Of a stretch of DNA of 64,000 bases, positions 21,015-30,490 are shown in pieces. Made by a program: the position numbers and the translations under genes. The stretch is from an uncultured Planctomycetota bacterium (lineage in GTDB: Bacteria; Planctomycetota; Phycisphaerae; UBA1845; JANYLN01). The stretch's first letter is position 1. Each line of letters starts with the position of its first letter. The stretch lies in assembly GCA_963787325.1 (NCBI GenBank), contig CAWBCK010000002.1:108647-172646 (forward strand), given 5' to 3'. Under the pieces are notes generated by a model. The model was not told the DNA's origin. It did no database searches and saw nothing but the letters and a program-made list of their open reading frames with translations.

Positions 21015-22064
21015 ATGACAAGGCACATTTCGTGGGTGTTAGCCGGCGTACTTGTAATGGCCACTGCGGCCATGGCCCAGGAGGCGCAGCCGACGGCACC
21101 GGAAGGTCAGGTTGCTCCGCAGCAGCATCGCCGCCAAGGGCGGGTCCGTCCGCGCGGCATGACGCGTCGCGGCGGGATGCAGGATCTCAACCAGCTGCTC
21201 AATCTCACTCCCGAGCAGCAGCAGCAGGTTCGCCAGATCGAGCAGCAGGTCCGCCAGCAGCGCCAGGCCGAGCCGCGGCCACAGCGCAACCCCCAGGACC
21301 GCGAGAAGATGCGGGAACTGCGGACCCAGCTGAATGCCGCCGCGCAGGCGGGCGATGACGCCAAGGTCGAGCAGCTCCAGCAGGAACTCGCCACCAGCGG
21401 TATGGCCGCCCGCTTCCGCGAGGAGCGGTCCAAGATGTACGACCAGATCGATCAGCAGGTGTTGACCCCAGAGCAGCGCGGCAAGTTCAAGCAGTGGCGG
21501 ACGCTTCAGGATGCCGGTCTGCCCCCGTATCTGATCAGCAATCCGGAGGCCTTCCAGAAGGCGGCGCTGGCGATCCCGAATCTTCCCGATGTCCAGAAAA
21601 ACAAGATCGAGGCGGCTGGCGAACGCTACAAGCGCCAGGCGACTTCTCCGGCGGCGACGGAAGAGAGCAAGCAGGACGCCGCGATGAAGATGGAAAGCGA
21701 CGTCCTCAAGGAACTCAGCCCGAGTCAGAAGTACCTGCTGACTGCTGGAAATCGCGGCATGCGCAACAGGCAGGGTCGACCCAATCGGCAGCCACGTGAT
21801 GTTGGCACCCCTGCCAATTCCAGCCGCAGTGGTGCGCCGCCGCCGGTAACGGCGGTGCTGCGGACTGATCGTCCCTGGTATTTCGATCGAATTGAGGTCA
21901 TCGAAAAGGCCCCTCAGGCATTACCGCCCGGGGGCCTTTTCCTTTTGCGGTGGTGCAACTCGCGGTTGACCGCCAACCAACCGCCGGGCTGTTCCCTCAT
22001 GCCGGCTTCGGCCCTACAATGGGCCAGTCGGTGCGATCGGTCTTGGAATCCCACATTTACGTAA
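21015..22064 (+). CDS. periplasmic Spy/CpxP-like LTxxQ-repeat protein; the true 3' end is probably upstream of 21904
   Basis: AAGGAGA lies 7 nt before the ATG. Signal peptide VLAGVLVMATAAMAQ. LTPEQ motifs (LNLTPEQQQQV, QVLTPEQRGKF) and an ELSPSQ variant. The ORF runs through a strong terminator hairpin (21904-21940), and its last ~50 codons look non-protein, so the native stop was probably lost to an indel. Confidence 0.6.
   Translation: MTRHISWVLAGVLVMATAAMAQEAQPTAPEGQVAPQQHRRQGRVRPRGMTRRGGMQDLNQLLNLTPEQQQQVRQIEQQVRQQRQAEPRPQRNPQDREKMRELRTQLNAAAQAGDDAKVEQLQQELATSGMAARFREERSKMYDQIDQQVLTPEQRGKFKQWRTLQDAGLPPYLISNPEAFQKAALAIPNLPDVQKNKIEAAGERYKRQATSPAATEESKQDAAMKMESDVLKELSPSQKYLLTAGNRGMRNRQGRPNRQPRDVGTPANSSRSGAPPPVTAVLRTDRPWYFDRIEVIEKAPQALPPGGLFLLRWCNSRLTANQPPGCSLMPASALQWASRCDRSWNPTFT
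21904..21946 (+). terminator. rho-independent terminator: aaaaggcccc-(17 nt)-ggggcctttt then ccttttg
   Basis: Perfect 10-bp stem (21904-21913 / 21931-21940) followed by a T-rich run, just upstream of purC. Confidence 0.65.
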
Positions 22065-22079
22065 TCAGCGGTGAGGACA

Positions 22080-22992
22080 ATGAGCCAGGTTATAAGTCAG
22101 ACGCAGATAGAGGGCCTGACCCCTCGGCGGGGCAAGGTGCGGGATATTTACGATCTGGGCGACCGGTTGCTGATCGTCGCTACCGATCGGATCAGCGCGT
22201 TTGACGTGGTCATGCCTACGCCGATCCCGGATAAAGGGGCTGTGCTGACCCAGATCAGCAAGTTCTGGTTCGAACGGTTCGATGGGGTCGTGCCGCACCA
22301 CCTCGACTATGTCATTACGCCGGAACGTGTGCCGGCGGGGCTGGAGAAATACGCCGATCAGCTGGTCGGCCGGGCGATGGTCTGCAAGAAAGCCAAGGTC
22401 CTGCCGGTCGAGTGTGTCGTGCGCGGATATCTGGCCGGCAGCGGTTGGAAGGAATACAAGACCAGCCAGAGCGTCTGTGGTGTCCAGTTGCCTGCGGGTC
22501 TTCAGCAGTGCAGTCAGCTGCCCGAGCCGATCTTCACGCCCTCGACGAAGGCTGAGGAAGGGCACGACGAAAACATCTCTGCGGAGCAAGCTGCCGACGT
22601 GATCGGCGCGGACTTGGCTCAGCAGGTCGCCGAGATCAGCATCGAGCTTTACAGCAAGGCCGCGGAATACGCCGCGCAGCCGAGGCGTGATCATCGCCGA
22701 CACGAAATTCGAGTTCGGTACGACCGATGCCGGGCAGCTGATCTTGATCGACGAGGTGCTTACGCCGGACAGTTCGAGGTTCTGGCCGGCTGACCAATAC
22801 GAGCCGGGCCACGATCAGCCGAGTTTCGACAAGCAGTTCGTCCGCAATTACCTGGAGACGCTGGTCGAAAAGGGCCAGTGGGCGAAGCAGCCGCCCGGCC
22901 CGGAACTGCCGCCGACGGTCGTCGAGCAGACGCGGGCGCGTTATGTGGAAGCGTATGAGAAGTTGACCGGCAAGGCGTTTGTGGGGCAGTAG
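22080..22992 (+). CDS. purC: phosphoribosylaminoimidazole-succinocarboxamide (SAICAR) synthase; frameshift near 22680
   Basis: [43 protein letters not shown]. The pieces are ORFs 22071-22793 and 22687-22992. The ATG at 22080 follows GGTGAGGA. Confidence 0.9.
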
Positions 22993-23054
22993 ATCGAAAG
23001 GTGCGCGGGGAGGTACCCTGGGCACGATCACGACCAGGTGTTCGGGTGATTCAG

Positions 23055-23073
23055 TCGTCCCTGCCGGGACAAA
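23055..23073. repeat. REP-like element tcgtccctgccgggacaaa
   Basis: Intergenic copy of the GTCCC-N3/4-GGGAC palindrome family. Confidence 0.5.
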
Positions 23074-23121
23074 CGCCCTATGACAGATCGACCCCAATCC
23101 CTAGTCCCTAGCCCCTGATCC

Positions 23122-24739
23122 TCATCCCAGCCGGCGGAGGATCAGGGTCGTGACGTCCTCGTAGGGTCGATTCTTGCCCAGATGGCCCGCCAGATCGTCG
23201 ACCAGCATCTGGAGCATTATGTGGGTGGTCTTGTCCGCGCCGTCTTCGAGATTGGTGAGGATGCGCTCCAGGCCGAACGGTTCGCCGCTGTCGCTGGCGG
23301 CGGTGATCAGCCCCCGGGTAAAGAGCACTACGCTGTCTCCCGGGTCGACCATTGCCTCGTACGACGGGTATTCCATCTGCGGCTGGGCGCCGAGTTCGGG
23401 GACTTCCTTGGAAACAAGGTCGCGGCCTTCGCCGCCAGCCTTAACGAGATACGCCCCGGGCAGGCCGGCGGCGCTGTACGCGCATCTGGCCGGACGCCGG
23501 GTCGAGCAGGCCCGCAAAGCATCGCATCGCGACCTGTCCTGCACAGGAATCGTTCACCAGCCAGTTCAGTTCTTTGAGTACGAAATGCGGGGCATCAGCA
23601 TGCAACAACGCGATGCGAAACGCCGCGCGGATCGTCGCCATCAGCACGCCGGATTCCGCCCCCGCTGCCATCGCCTGGGCCACGATGACCGCCGCGGTAC
23701 CTTTCGGCAGACGGATCACGTCGTAGATGTCCCCGCAGCAGACCTGCCCGGCCTGGCGGTAGGCCGCCAGTTCCATATTGTCCCAGGCCGGCAGTTGCGG
23801 GGGAGTCAGACGCTCCTGGATCTGGTGGCCCCAGTCGAGCTGCTGTGCGGCCCGCTGTCTGACCGCCTTTTGCAGACCCCCGAGCACCTCGTCGAGGCGC
23901 ATGCCGGCATGGCTGCCGATCGCCCGGAGGATGTTCATGTCAGCCCGCGCGAAGGCCGGCTTGCCGGCGAGCCGTTCGAGATGAATCATCCCGAGCGATG
24001 TGTTGCCGACCGCCAGCGGCGTGACCATCGCGCTGCCGTAGCGGGTCGCCTCGGCCGGTAGCAACAGAGTCTGCTGCCGCTGCACGGCTCGATAGATGAG
24101 AAGGCCCGTTTTGGTCGGCGGCTTGAAGGGCTGGCCGGAATTGTCCACGCTGGCTGCCATGTGGGGCTCGTGCTCCGGGTCGGTCGCCAGGCATACCCAG
24201 ACACGGTCGGCCTTGAAGGCGGGCTGCAACCAGCCGGCCAGCGTGTCAAGCAGTTCCTGGGCGGTGTCGACGCTGTAGAGCTTCGGGCAGAGCTGCCCGA
24301 GCAGCAGCAGGGCGCCGGCATCCAGGCTGACCGGCTCGCCCGCCCGCAGAAGCACCGTGTCGGCCGGGATCGGCCAGCGGCTGGGGACCATCGTCTCGTC
24401 CATGCGGTCCACGGGGGCGACAGCCGTGCGGTCGGTGATCTCGCCCTGGTCGTCGAGATAGACGCGTATGCTGTAATCGGCGAATCCAACCTCGTCGCCG
24501 GTCTTGAGGCGGTATCGACTGTGCAGCATCGCCCGGTTGACCGTCGCGGGCAAACGGGTGTCCAGTGGCCGGACGGTCCAGCCGTTATTGCCTTCCGGTT
24601 CCATGATCAAGTGTCGCGGCGCGAGCCGGCCGTCGGGCAGACAGATATCGCAGGCAGGGTGTGAGCCGATCAGTACGACGCCGCTGGCCACGCTGAGGTC
24701 ACTGATCATGCTTTCGCGTTCACGAATGATCAGTCGCAT
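23122..24739 (-). CDS. FHA-like / GAF-like / SpoIIE (PP2C)-type phosphatase-domain protein; frameshift near 23490
   Basis: The N-terminus is FHA-like (VVLIGSHPACDICLPDGRLAPRHLIMEP...GDEVGFADYSIRVY). The middle is GAF-like. The C-terminus is SpoIIE-like (QVCCGDIYDV..., GDSVVLFTRGLITAASDSGEPFGLERIL, EDVTTLILRR). The pieces are ORFs 23441-24739 and 23122-23544. Confidence 0.7.
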
Positions 24740-24914
24740 ATGCCACCTGTTCGTAGAGACGTGTCGCAGCAGGCCGCTACCGACCCCGACCGGGGTTCTG
24801 GCGTCCAGCCGCCATTACTAGTATAAATCGCAGGATTGCGGCCGACCAGACATATGTTTCCGAAAGAAGAGAAGAAAAGCAGACCTTCACTATATAGGCT
24901 AGAGGGAGTCGAGA

Positions 24915-25748
24915 ATGCTGATTCGAGTCGGACACTCACCGGATCCCGACGATGCTTTCATGTTCTACGCGCTGGCGGCGGACAAGATCGATACGGGTAC
25001 ATACAAGTTCGAGCACACGCTGCAGGATATCCAGTTGCTCAATGAGCGCGCCCTGCGGGGAGAGCTGGAGGTCACGGCGATCAGTCTGGCCAGTTTGCCC
25101 CAGGTGCAAGAGAAATACGCCCTGATGGACCTGGGGGCGAGCATGGGCGATGGTTATGGACCGTTGCTCGTGTCGCGCGAGCCGGCGACCGTCGAGGATC
25201 TGGCTGGCAATGTCATCGCCGTGCCCGGTGAGATGACGACCGCCTTTCTGGCCTTGAACCTGTGCATGGGCAAGGGCAAGTTCCAGTACAAGGTGGTGCC
25301 GTTCGACCAGATCATCGAGTCTGTCGTGGCTGGCCGGGTGGACGCCGGGCTGATCATCCACGAGGGTCAGCTGACCTACCGCGACGCCGGGCTGCACAAG
25401 GTCATCGACCTGGGCGAGTGGTGGAAGGAACGAACGAACCTGCCGTTGCCCTTGGGTGGCAACGTGATCCGTCGCGACCTGGGTGAGCCGGCGATCAAGG
25501 AGGTCTGCGGGCTCGTACGGGCGTCCATCGAGTACGGCCTGGCGCATCGCAGCGAAGCGCTGGCCTACGCGATGAAGTACGGGCGGGACTTGAGTGTCCC
25601 TCTGGCGGACCGTTTCGTGGGGATGTACGTTAATGAGTACACGATTCGTTATGGAGATAGTGGACGTGAGGCGGTTCGAAGGCTGCTGAGTGAGGCGGCT
25701 GATGCGGGGCTGGTCGAACCAATCGAGAGCCTGGAGTTCGTCGAATGA
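24915..25748 (+). CDS. MqnA/MqnD-family protein (futalosine-pathway, periplasmic-binding-protein fold)
   Basis: MLIRVGHSPDPDDAFMFYAL resembles the G-x-SPCPNDTF-x-F-x-AL start of MqnD (1,4-dihydroxy-6-naphthoate synthase). Length is 277 aa. GGGAG lies 6 nt before the ATG. Confidence 0.65.
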   Translation: MLIRVGHSPDPDDAFMFYALAADKIDTGTYKFEHTLQDIQLLNERALRGELEVTAISLASLPQVQEKYALMDLGASMGDGYGPLLVSREPATVEDLAGNVIAVPGEMTTAFLALNLCMGKGKFQYKVVPFDQIIESVVAGRVDAGLIIHEGQLTYRDAGLHKVIDLGEWWKERTNLPLPLGGNVIRRDLGEPAIKEVCGLVRASIEYGLAHRSEALAYAMKYGRDLSVPLADRFVGMYVNEYTIRYGDSGREAVRRLLSEAADAGLVEPIESLEFVE

Positions 25749-26791
25749 CATCCCGAGAACGCTGGCACGCTGTATTGGACGGCAAGAAACCCGATCGCTG
25801 GCCGACTGACTTCTGGTCTACGCGTGAGGTGCTTCAGCGGCTGCTGAAGGAACTGGGCTGTAACAGCGATGCCGAGCTGTGGCAGCGACTGAAGGTGGAC
25901 CGGCCGTTCAGCGTTGGCGGCAAGTATTGCGGGCCTAACCTGGGCAACAAAAACATCTGGGGCTTGCAGCACATCGAGCAGACCTACGCCGACGGGGCCG
26001 GCACATACGACGAGGTGGTCGAGCATCCACTGGCGTCGGCGGATACGGTTGAGGATATCCTGAGCTATCCCTGGCCGAGCCCCGACTCGTACGACTTTTC
26101 CCATGTTAAGAGCAAACTGGGCGAGGCGGGTGATCGGCCGGCGACCGGCGGCGGGTATGAGCCCTTCCTGCTGTACTGCCAGATGCGCGGTCTTGAAGAG
26201 GCCTTCATGGACCTGCTGGCCCAGCCGGAGATCGTCGACGCCGCCATCGGCAAGATCTTCGATTTTCACTATGCGATCAACGAGCGGCTCTTCGAGGCAG
26301 GCGGCGGCAGGTTCGACCTGACCTACGTGGCCGAGGACTTGGGCTCCCAGAGCTCGCTGCTGATGAGCCTGGATGTCATCAAGAAGATCCTGCTGCCGCG
26401 GATCCGCAGGATGATCCGGCTGGCGCACGACCACGGCATCAAAGTTTTGTATCACACGGACGGGGCGGCCCGGCCGGCGGTTCCCCTGCTGATCGACGCG
26501 GGGATTGACGCCCTGAATCCGATCCAGTGGCGCTGTCCGGGGATGGAGCGCGAGGGGTTGGCGCGGGACTTTGGCGATAAGATCGCCTTTCACGGTGCGG
26601 TCGACAATCAGCAGACGCTGCCGTTCGGCACGCCGGACGACGTCAGGAATGAGGTCCGCGAGAACGTGGAGATCTTCGGCAAGGGGCGCGGCTACATCAT
26701 CGCGCCGTGCCACAACATTCAGCCGATCACACCGACGGCCAATATACTCGCGCTGTACGAAGCGGCCCAGGAGTACGGCAAGGTGTCATAG
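25745..26791 (+). CDS. uroporphyrinogen decarboxylase (URO-D) / MtaA-like family protein
   Basis: Its start overlaps the preceding stop (ATGA at 25745-25748). ERWHAVLDGKKPDRWP N-terminus, HTDG, IDALNPIQ, GYIIAPCHNIQPITPTANILALYEA C-terminus typical of the URO-D fold. Confidence 0.7.
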   Translation: MTSRERWHAVLDGKKPDRWPTDFWSTREVLQRLLKELGCNSDAELWQRLKVDRPFSVGGKYCGPNLGNKNIWGLQHIEQTYADGAGTYDEVVEHPLASADTVEDILSYPWPSPDSYDFSHVKSKLGEAGDRPATGGGYEPFLLYCQMRGLEEAFMDLLAQPEIVDAAIGKIFDFHYAINERLFEAGGGRFDLTYVAEDLGSQSSLLMSLDVIKKILLPRIRRMIRLAHDHGIKVLYHTDGAARPAVPLLIDAGIDALNPIQWRCPGMEREGLARDFGDKIAFHGAVDNQQTLPFGTPDDVRNEVRENVEIFGKGRGYIIAPCHNIQPITPTANILALYEAAQEYGKVS

Positions 26792-26846
26792 CCGGATGTT
26801 CCGGCCACAGATGCCGCTCTGTTCTGCAGAGACTGATGGTGCACAA

Positions 26847-28082
26847 ATGGCGAGCAAGCAGGATATCGCGATTGTGCGGGACCTGGCTGGCAGACTGGCC
26901 GAGATCGCGGCTCTGCCGGTCCAGGAGGTCACACGGGGGTTATGGCGAAAGCTGAATAGCCTCAAGCCCGACCGGCCGATGGTCATGATCGACCAGGTCT
27001 GCTGGAACGAGATGAACCTCGGTGACGAGCTGACGCTACGCTGCGAGGACGCCGAGTACCGCGGCTATGAGCAGTCCTTGCGTCGCACCCTCTTCCAGTG
27101 GAAGCACTTTCCCGTGGACATGGTGGTTGAGTCGTTCGTCTGTGTACCCAAGGCCGTCCAAAACAGCGGCTTCGGCATCGGCGTCGAGCAGCAGGTGGCT
27201 GTGACTGATCCTACCAACTCGGTAGTGGGTCACAGCTACGTCAACCAGTTCCGCAACGAAGACGATGTAGCCAGGATCCAGGTCCCGAAGATTACGCACG
27301 ATGCAGCAGAAACGCAGCGGCGTCTCGCCGTGGCCCACGAGCTGTTCGACGGCCTGCTGGAAGTCCGGTCCGAGGGGGTTTCTCCCTACCTGTCGCTGTG
27401 GGACCCGCTCAGCACGTGGATGGGTGTGGAGAACGCCCTCTACGCGATGATCGACGCACCGGAGTTGATTCATAAGATCCTGGAGCGGATGACGAGCGGC
27501 TACCTCTGCATGCTTGACCAAATGGAGCAGCAGGGCTTGCTCTGTCAGCCGCAGAGCCTGATTCACTGCACGGGAGCGTACACGGACGAGCTGCCCGCGG
27601 CTGGCTATGACCCCGATAGGCCGCGATGCAAAGATATCTGGATGTTCGGCCTGGCGCAGATGCTGGCGACGGTCTCGCCGGAGATGTTCCAGGAATTTGA
27701 GGTCGACTACGCGGCACGGATCTGCGAGCGTTTCGGGCTGGTGTATTACGGCTGCTGCGATCCGCTGGATCGCAAGATGGCCCAGGTGCGGAAGATCCCC
27801 AACGTCCGCAAGGTATCGATGAGCCCCTGGGTCGACGAGCAGCGCGGCGCCGCTGAGATCGGCCGGGATTTCGTGTATTCTCGCAAGCCGAACCCCGCCC
27901 TTCTGGCGAGCATGAGCTTCCACGCCGACGAGGTCCGTGAGCATCTGTTGGCGACGAGGGACGCCTGCCGCGCCAACGGCTGTCCGGTGGAGTTGATTCT
28001 AAAAGACATCAGCACGGTCTGCTACGAGCCGCAGCGGCTGTTCGACTGGGCGAAGATTGCGATGGAGGTGGCGTGCGGGTAG
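26847..28082 (+). CDS. URO-D-fold-like protein (second paralogue; family assignment tentative)
   Basis: Internal ATG at 26847 (MASKQDIAIV...) in ORF 26571-28082. LWRKLNSLKPDRPMV N-terminal pattern and a YYGCCDPLD...VSMSPW C-terminal half, with the same layout as the neighbouring URO-D-like genes. Confidence 0.5.
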   Translation: MASKQDIAIVRDLAGRLAEIAALPVQEVTRGLWRKLNSLKPDRPMVMIDQVCWNEMNLGDELTLRCEDAEYRGYEQSLRRTLFQWKHFPVDMVVESFVCVPKAVQNSGFGIGVEQQVAVTDPTNSVVGHSYVNQFRNEDDVARIQVPKITHDAAETQRRLAVAHELFDGLLEVRSEGVSPYLSLWDPLSTWMGVENALYAMIDAPELIHKILERMTSGYLCMLDQMEQQGLLCQPQSLIHCTGAYTDELPAAGYDPDRPRCKDIWMFGLAQMLATVSPEMFQEFEVDYAARICERFGLVYYGCCDPLDRKMAQVRKIPNVRKVSMSPWVDEQRGAAEIGRDFVYSRKPNPALLASMSFHADEVREHLLATRDACRANGCPVELILKDISTVCYEPQRLFDWAKIAMEVACG

Positions 28083-28136
28083 AAGATGGGGAGGCTGGGA
28101 TTGCGTAGACGGCTCAGCGTCTTGCGCGTTCTTCAT

Positions 28137-28178
28137 TTCTGTCGTTCCTCACGGGACTCAAAAGGACGAACAAAGAAG
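28137..28178. repeat. REP-like module ttctgtcgttcctcacgggactcaaaaggacgaacaaagaag
   Basis: An inverted counterpart lies at 29972-30016. The two flank the IS. Confidence 0.55.
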
Positions 28179-28227
28179 CATAATGTGATGCGGCGATTGC
28201 ACCCACGACTTGCGTCCTGGGCTTTTG

Positions 28228-28248
28228 TCTGCCGTCCCTGCGGGACTC
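28228..28248. repeat. REP-like element tctgccgtccctgcgggactc
   Basis: Same GTCCC...GGGAC palindrome family, intergenic. Confidence 0.5.
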
Positions 28249-28280
28249 TCAAGCCCGCCAGTAGTTCGAGAAAAGCCCTT

Positions 28281-29913
28281 TAGCCCGGATATTTCACGGG
28301 GTTTTTCAGTTGGGCAGTCACTAAAAGGCCTTACTTCCTGTAATGTCGGGAGTTGTAAAAGACAACCGTCACTACAAGGAGGTAAGGCCACGTGACAGAG
28401 TGTAACCGATCCCCCATCCGCTTTTCCAGTCTGGGCAGACGCAAGGTCGTCGCTGATTTCGACGGCGGTACGATCACCAGCGACGGCGGTGTGCTCCTGC
28501 TGCGCCAGATCGAACGGCGGCTCCGCCTCATCGAGCGTATGGATGCAGCCATTCCCGATCCCCGCAACCAAAGTCTGATCACCCACAGCCAAGTCAGCAT
28601 GCTTCGCCAACGCATCTTCGCCATCGCCTTGGGCCAGGAGGATCTCAATGATCATCAGACCCTGCGGGCGGATCCACTGGTGCAACTGGCTTGCGAGCGG
28701 AAGGTGGACCACGACCAGCCTTTGGCCTCGCCCCCGACGCTGTGTCGCCTGGAGAACCCGCGATGCGTCAACCCCTGGCCGAGGCCAGCAAGGTGCTGCT
28801 CGAAGCCTTCGTCGAGTCGCAGAAGACCCCGCCGACCGAACTGATCCTGGACTTCGATGCCACTAACGATTCCGTCCACGGCCACCAGGTCGGCCGCTTC
28901 TTCCACGGCTACTACGACGAGTACTGCTTCCTGCCGCTGTATGTCTTCTGCGGCAGCCAAATGCTGGTGGCCTACCTGCGGTCGGCCGACCAGGATGGGG
29001 CAACGCACGCCTGGGCTATCCTCTCGCTGCTGGTCAAGCGGTTCCGCCAGGTCTGGCCCGGCGTGAAGATCCTCTTTCGCGGCGATAGTGGCTTTTGTCG
29101 CTGGAAGATGCTCCGCTGGTGCGACCGGCACGATGTGTCCTACCTGGTGGGTCTGGCCAAGAACTCGCGACTGGAAGCCTTGGCCCGCCCGCTGATGGTG
29201 CAGGCCCAGGCGCTGGCGGTCGACCCGAAGGACCGGCCCCGCGTCTTCGGCGAGTTCTCCTACGCCGCGGCCACCTGGGACAAGGCCCGCCGGATCCTCG
29301 CCAAGGCCGAGTACCTGCCGCCCCAGCGTCCGGACGACGAGGCGAAGGAGAACTTCCGCTTCCTGGTGACGAATTGGCCGGGGGACGCCCAACTCCTGTA
29401 CGAGCAGACCTACTGCCAGCGCGGCGAGGTCGAGAACCGCATCAAGGAGCAGCAACTGGGTCTGTTCGCCGACCGCACCAGTTGCCACGACTTTGAGGCC
29501 AACCAACTGCGGGTGCTGCTGTCGGCGGCCGCCTACGTGCTGATCGAGCATCTGCGTCGGACGGAACTGGCCGGCACGGAACTGGAGAAGGCCCAAGTCC
29601 GCACGCTGCGGCTGAAGTTGCTCAAGATCGGCGGACGGGTTCTGGTGTCGGCCAGGCGGATCGTGCTGCACCTGGCCAGTTCGTTTCCGCTGCAGGATCT
29701 GTTTCGCCGACTGGCCGCCCGCCTCTTGGCCCCGGCCAGCGTGACCTGACTTCCTCGCAACCCCGTGCCGCCGCCCCTGATCGGCCATGGGGGAAAGGGG
29801 GTGGTTTGCGCCCGGGGGGCCGTTACCCATCCAATCCAAGCCTGAGTGCTCGAATCTGTCGCCTCGCCGCTCTCACTGGCTCTGTCTGGTATCACCGTGA
29901 AATATCCGGGCTA
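28281..29913 (+). mobile_element. IS1380-family insertion sequence (about 1.63 kb) with perfect 19-bp terminal inverted repeats
   Basis: IRL tagcccggatatttcacgg (28281-28299) is the reverse complement of IRR ccgtgaaatatccgggcta (29895-29913). It holds a single transposase gene. I could not find a clear target-site duplication. Confidence 0.85.
28392..29749 (+). CDS. IS1380-family DDE transposase; frameshift near 28755
   Basis: The GTG start follows AAGGAGG. N-terminus FDGGTITSDGGVLLLRQIERRL...ALGQEDLNDHQTLRADP. DDE context ILDFDAT / FRGDSGF / QRGEVENRIKE. The pieces are ORFs 28392-28844 and 28691-29749. Confidence 0.85.
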
Positions 29914-29971
29914 GGGGCGGAAGAGGGTAGCCCAGGAGGCAAGTCCTGGGCATCATGAGCGACATTACAGT

Positions 29972-30016
29972 CTTCTTGTTGTTGTTTGTCCTGAGTCCCG
30001 TCAGGGACGACAGAAT
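29972..30016. repeat. REP-like module (inverted orientation) cttcttgttgttgtttgtcctgagtcccgtcagggacgacagaat
   Basis: Its reverse complement aligns with 28137-28178. Confidence 0.55.
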
Positions 30017-30092
30017 CACTCGAATGCGTCCTCGGGATTACACGCTGCCTAAGGCATGTCCTTTACAATGGAATACGACGGCGAGTGTGCTG

Positions 30093-30387
30093 TCACTTCT
30101 CAAGATTCTGCAGCCCGGGCAGCCCCTGGGCCAGAAACGTTGCATGACAGGACTTGCACAGATCGTAACGAAATGCCCGGTAGACGCTGTCTTCGACTTC
30201 GTCCGGGGACTGGTTGGATAAGGTGTCGATCAGACTCGCGGATCTCCTGGGTGTGGTCCTTCTCGACGTCCGTGCTGGTGATCTCGACCGGCCCGGCTGC
30301 GGCGAACGCTTCGATTCGAACAATGTAACGTCCGCCGTCGTTGGCGGTCATTCGCGTGCCGCACACGTCGCAGTGATAAACGATCAT
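30093..30387 (-). CDS. small zinc-ribbon protein (CxxC...CxxC); frameshift near 30240
   Basis: MIVYHCDVCGTRMTANDGGRYIVRIEAFAAAGPVEI...joins...SLIDTLSNQSPDEVEDSVYRAFRYDLCKSCHATFLAQG. The pieces are ORFs 30100-30666 (internal ATG at 30387) and 30093-30323. Confidence 0.5.
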
Positions 30388-30490
30388 GCGAACTGACTTC
30401 CTTCCGGTCCTGGTCAACCCCAAGCGGCGTTGGGACCGCCGTACGCGATACGTCTCATGCTTCTTCGATGCCGCCTGATGTGCGCGACAA

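Noticed and set aside
21800-22064. C-terminal ~90 codons of the Spy-like ORF treated as real coding sequence reaching almost to purC
   Set aside because: The stretch contains a perfect 10-bp terminator hairpin with a T-run, and its translation loses protein-like character (…LFLLRWCNSRLTANQPPGCSLMPASALQWASRC…). The native stop was most likely lost to an indel upstream.
21950-22079. Possible ZTP (pfl) riboswitch upstream of purC because of a ccgccgggc string
   Set aside because: There is only a loose resemblance to the 3' CCGCCUGGGC element. I could not find the 5' sub-domain (GGGUCGUGAC...CCGGG pattern). The region lies within the run-on ORF 21015-22064, downstream of the terminator at 21904-21946.
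28276-29918. Target-site duplication for the IS1380-family element
   Set aside because: The bases flanking the 19-bp IRs (ccctt on the left, ggggc on the right) are not direct repeats. They look more like an imperfect outward extension of the inverted repeat (gccctt-TAG against the reverse complement gcccc-TAG). No TSD is claimed.
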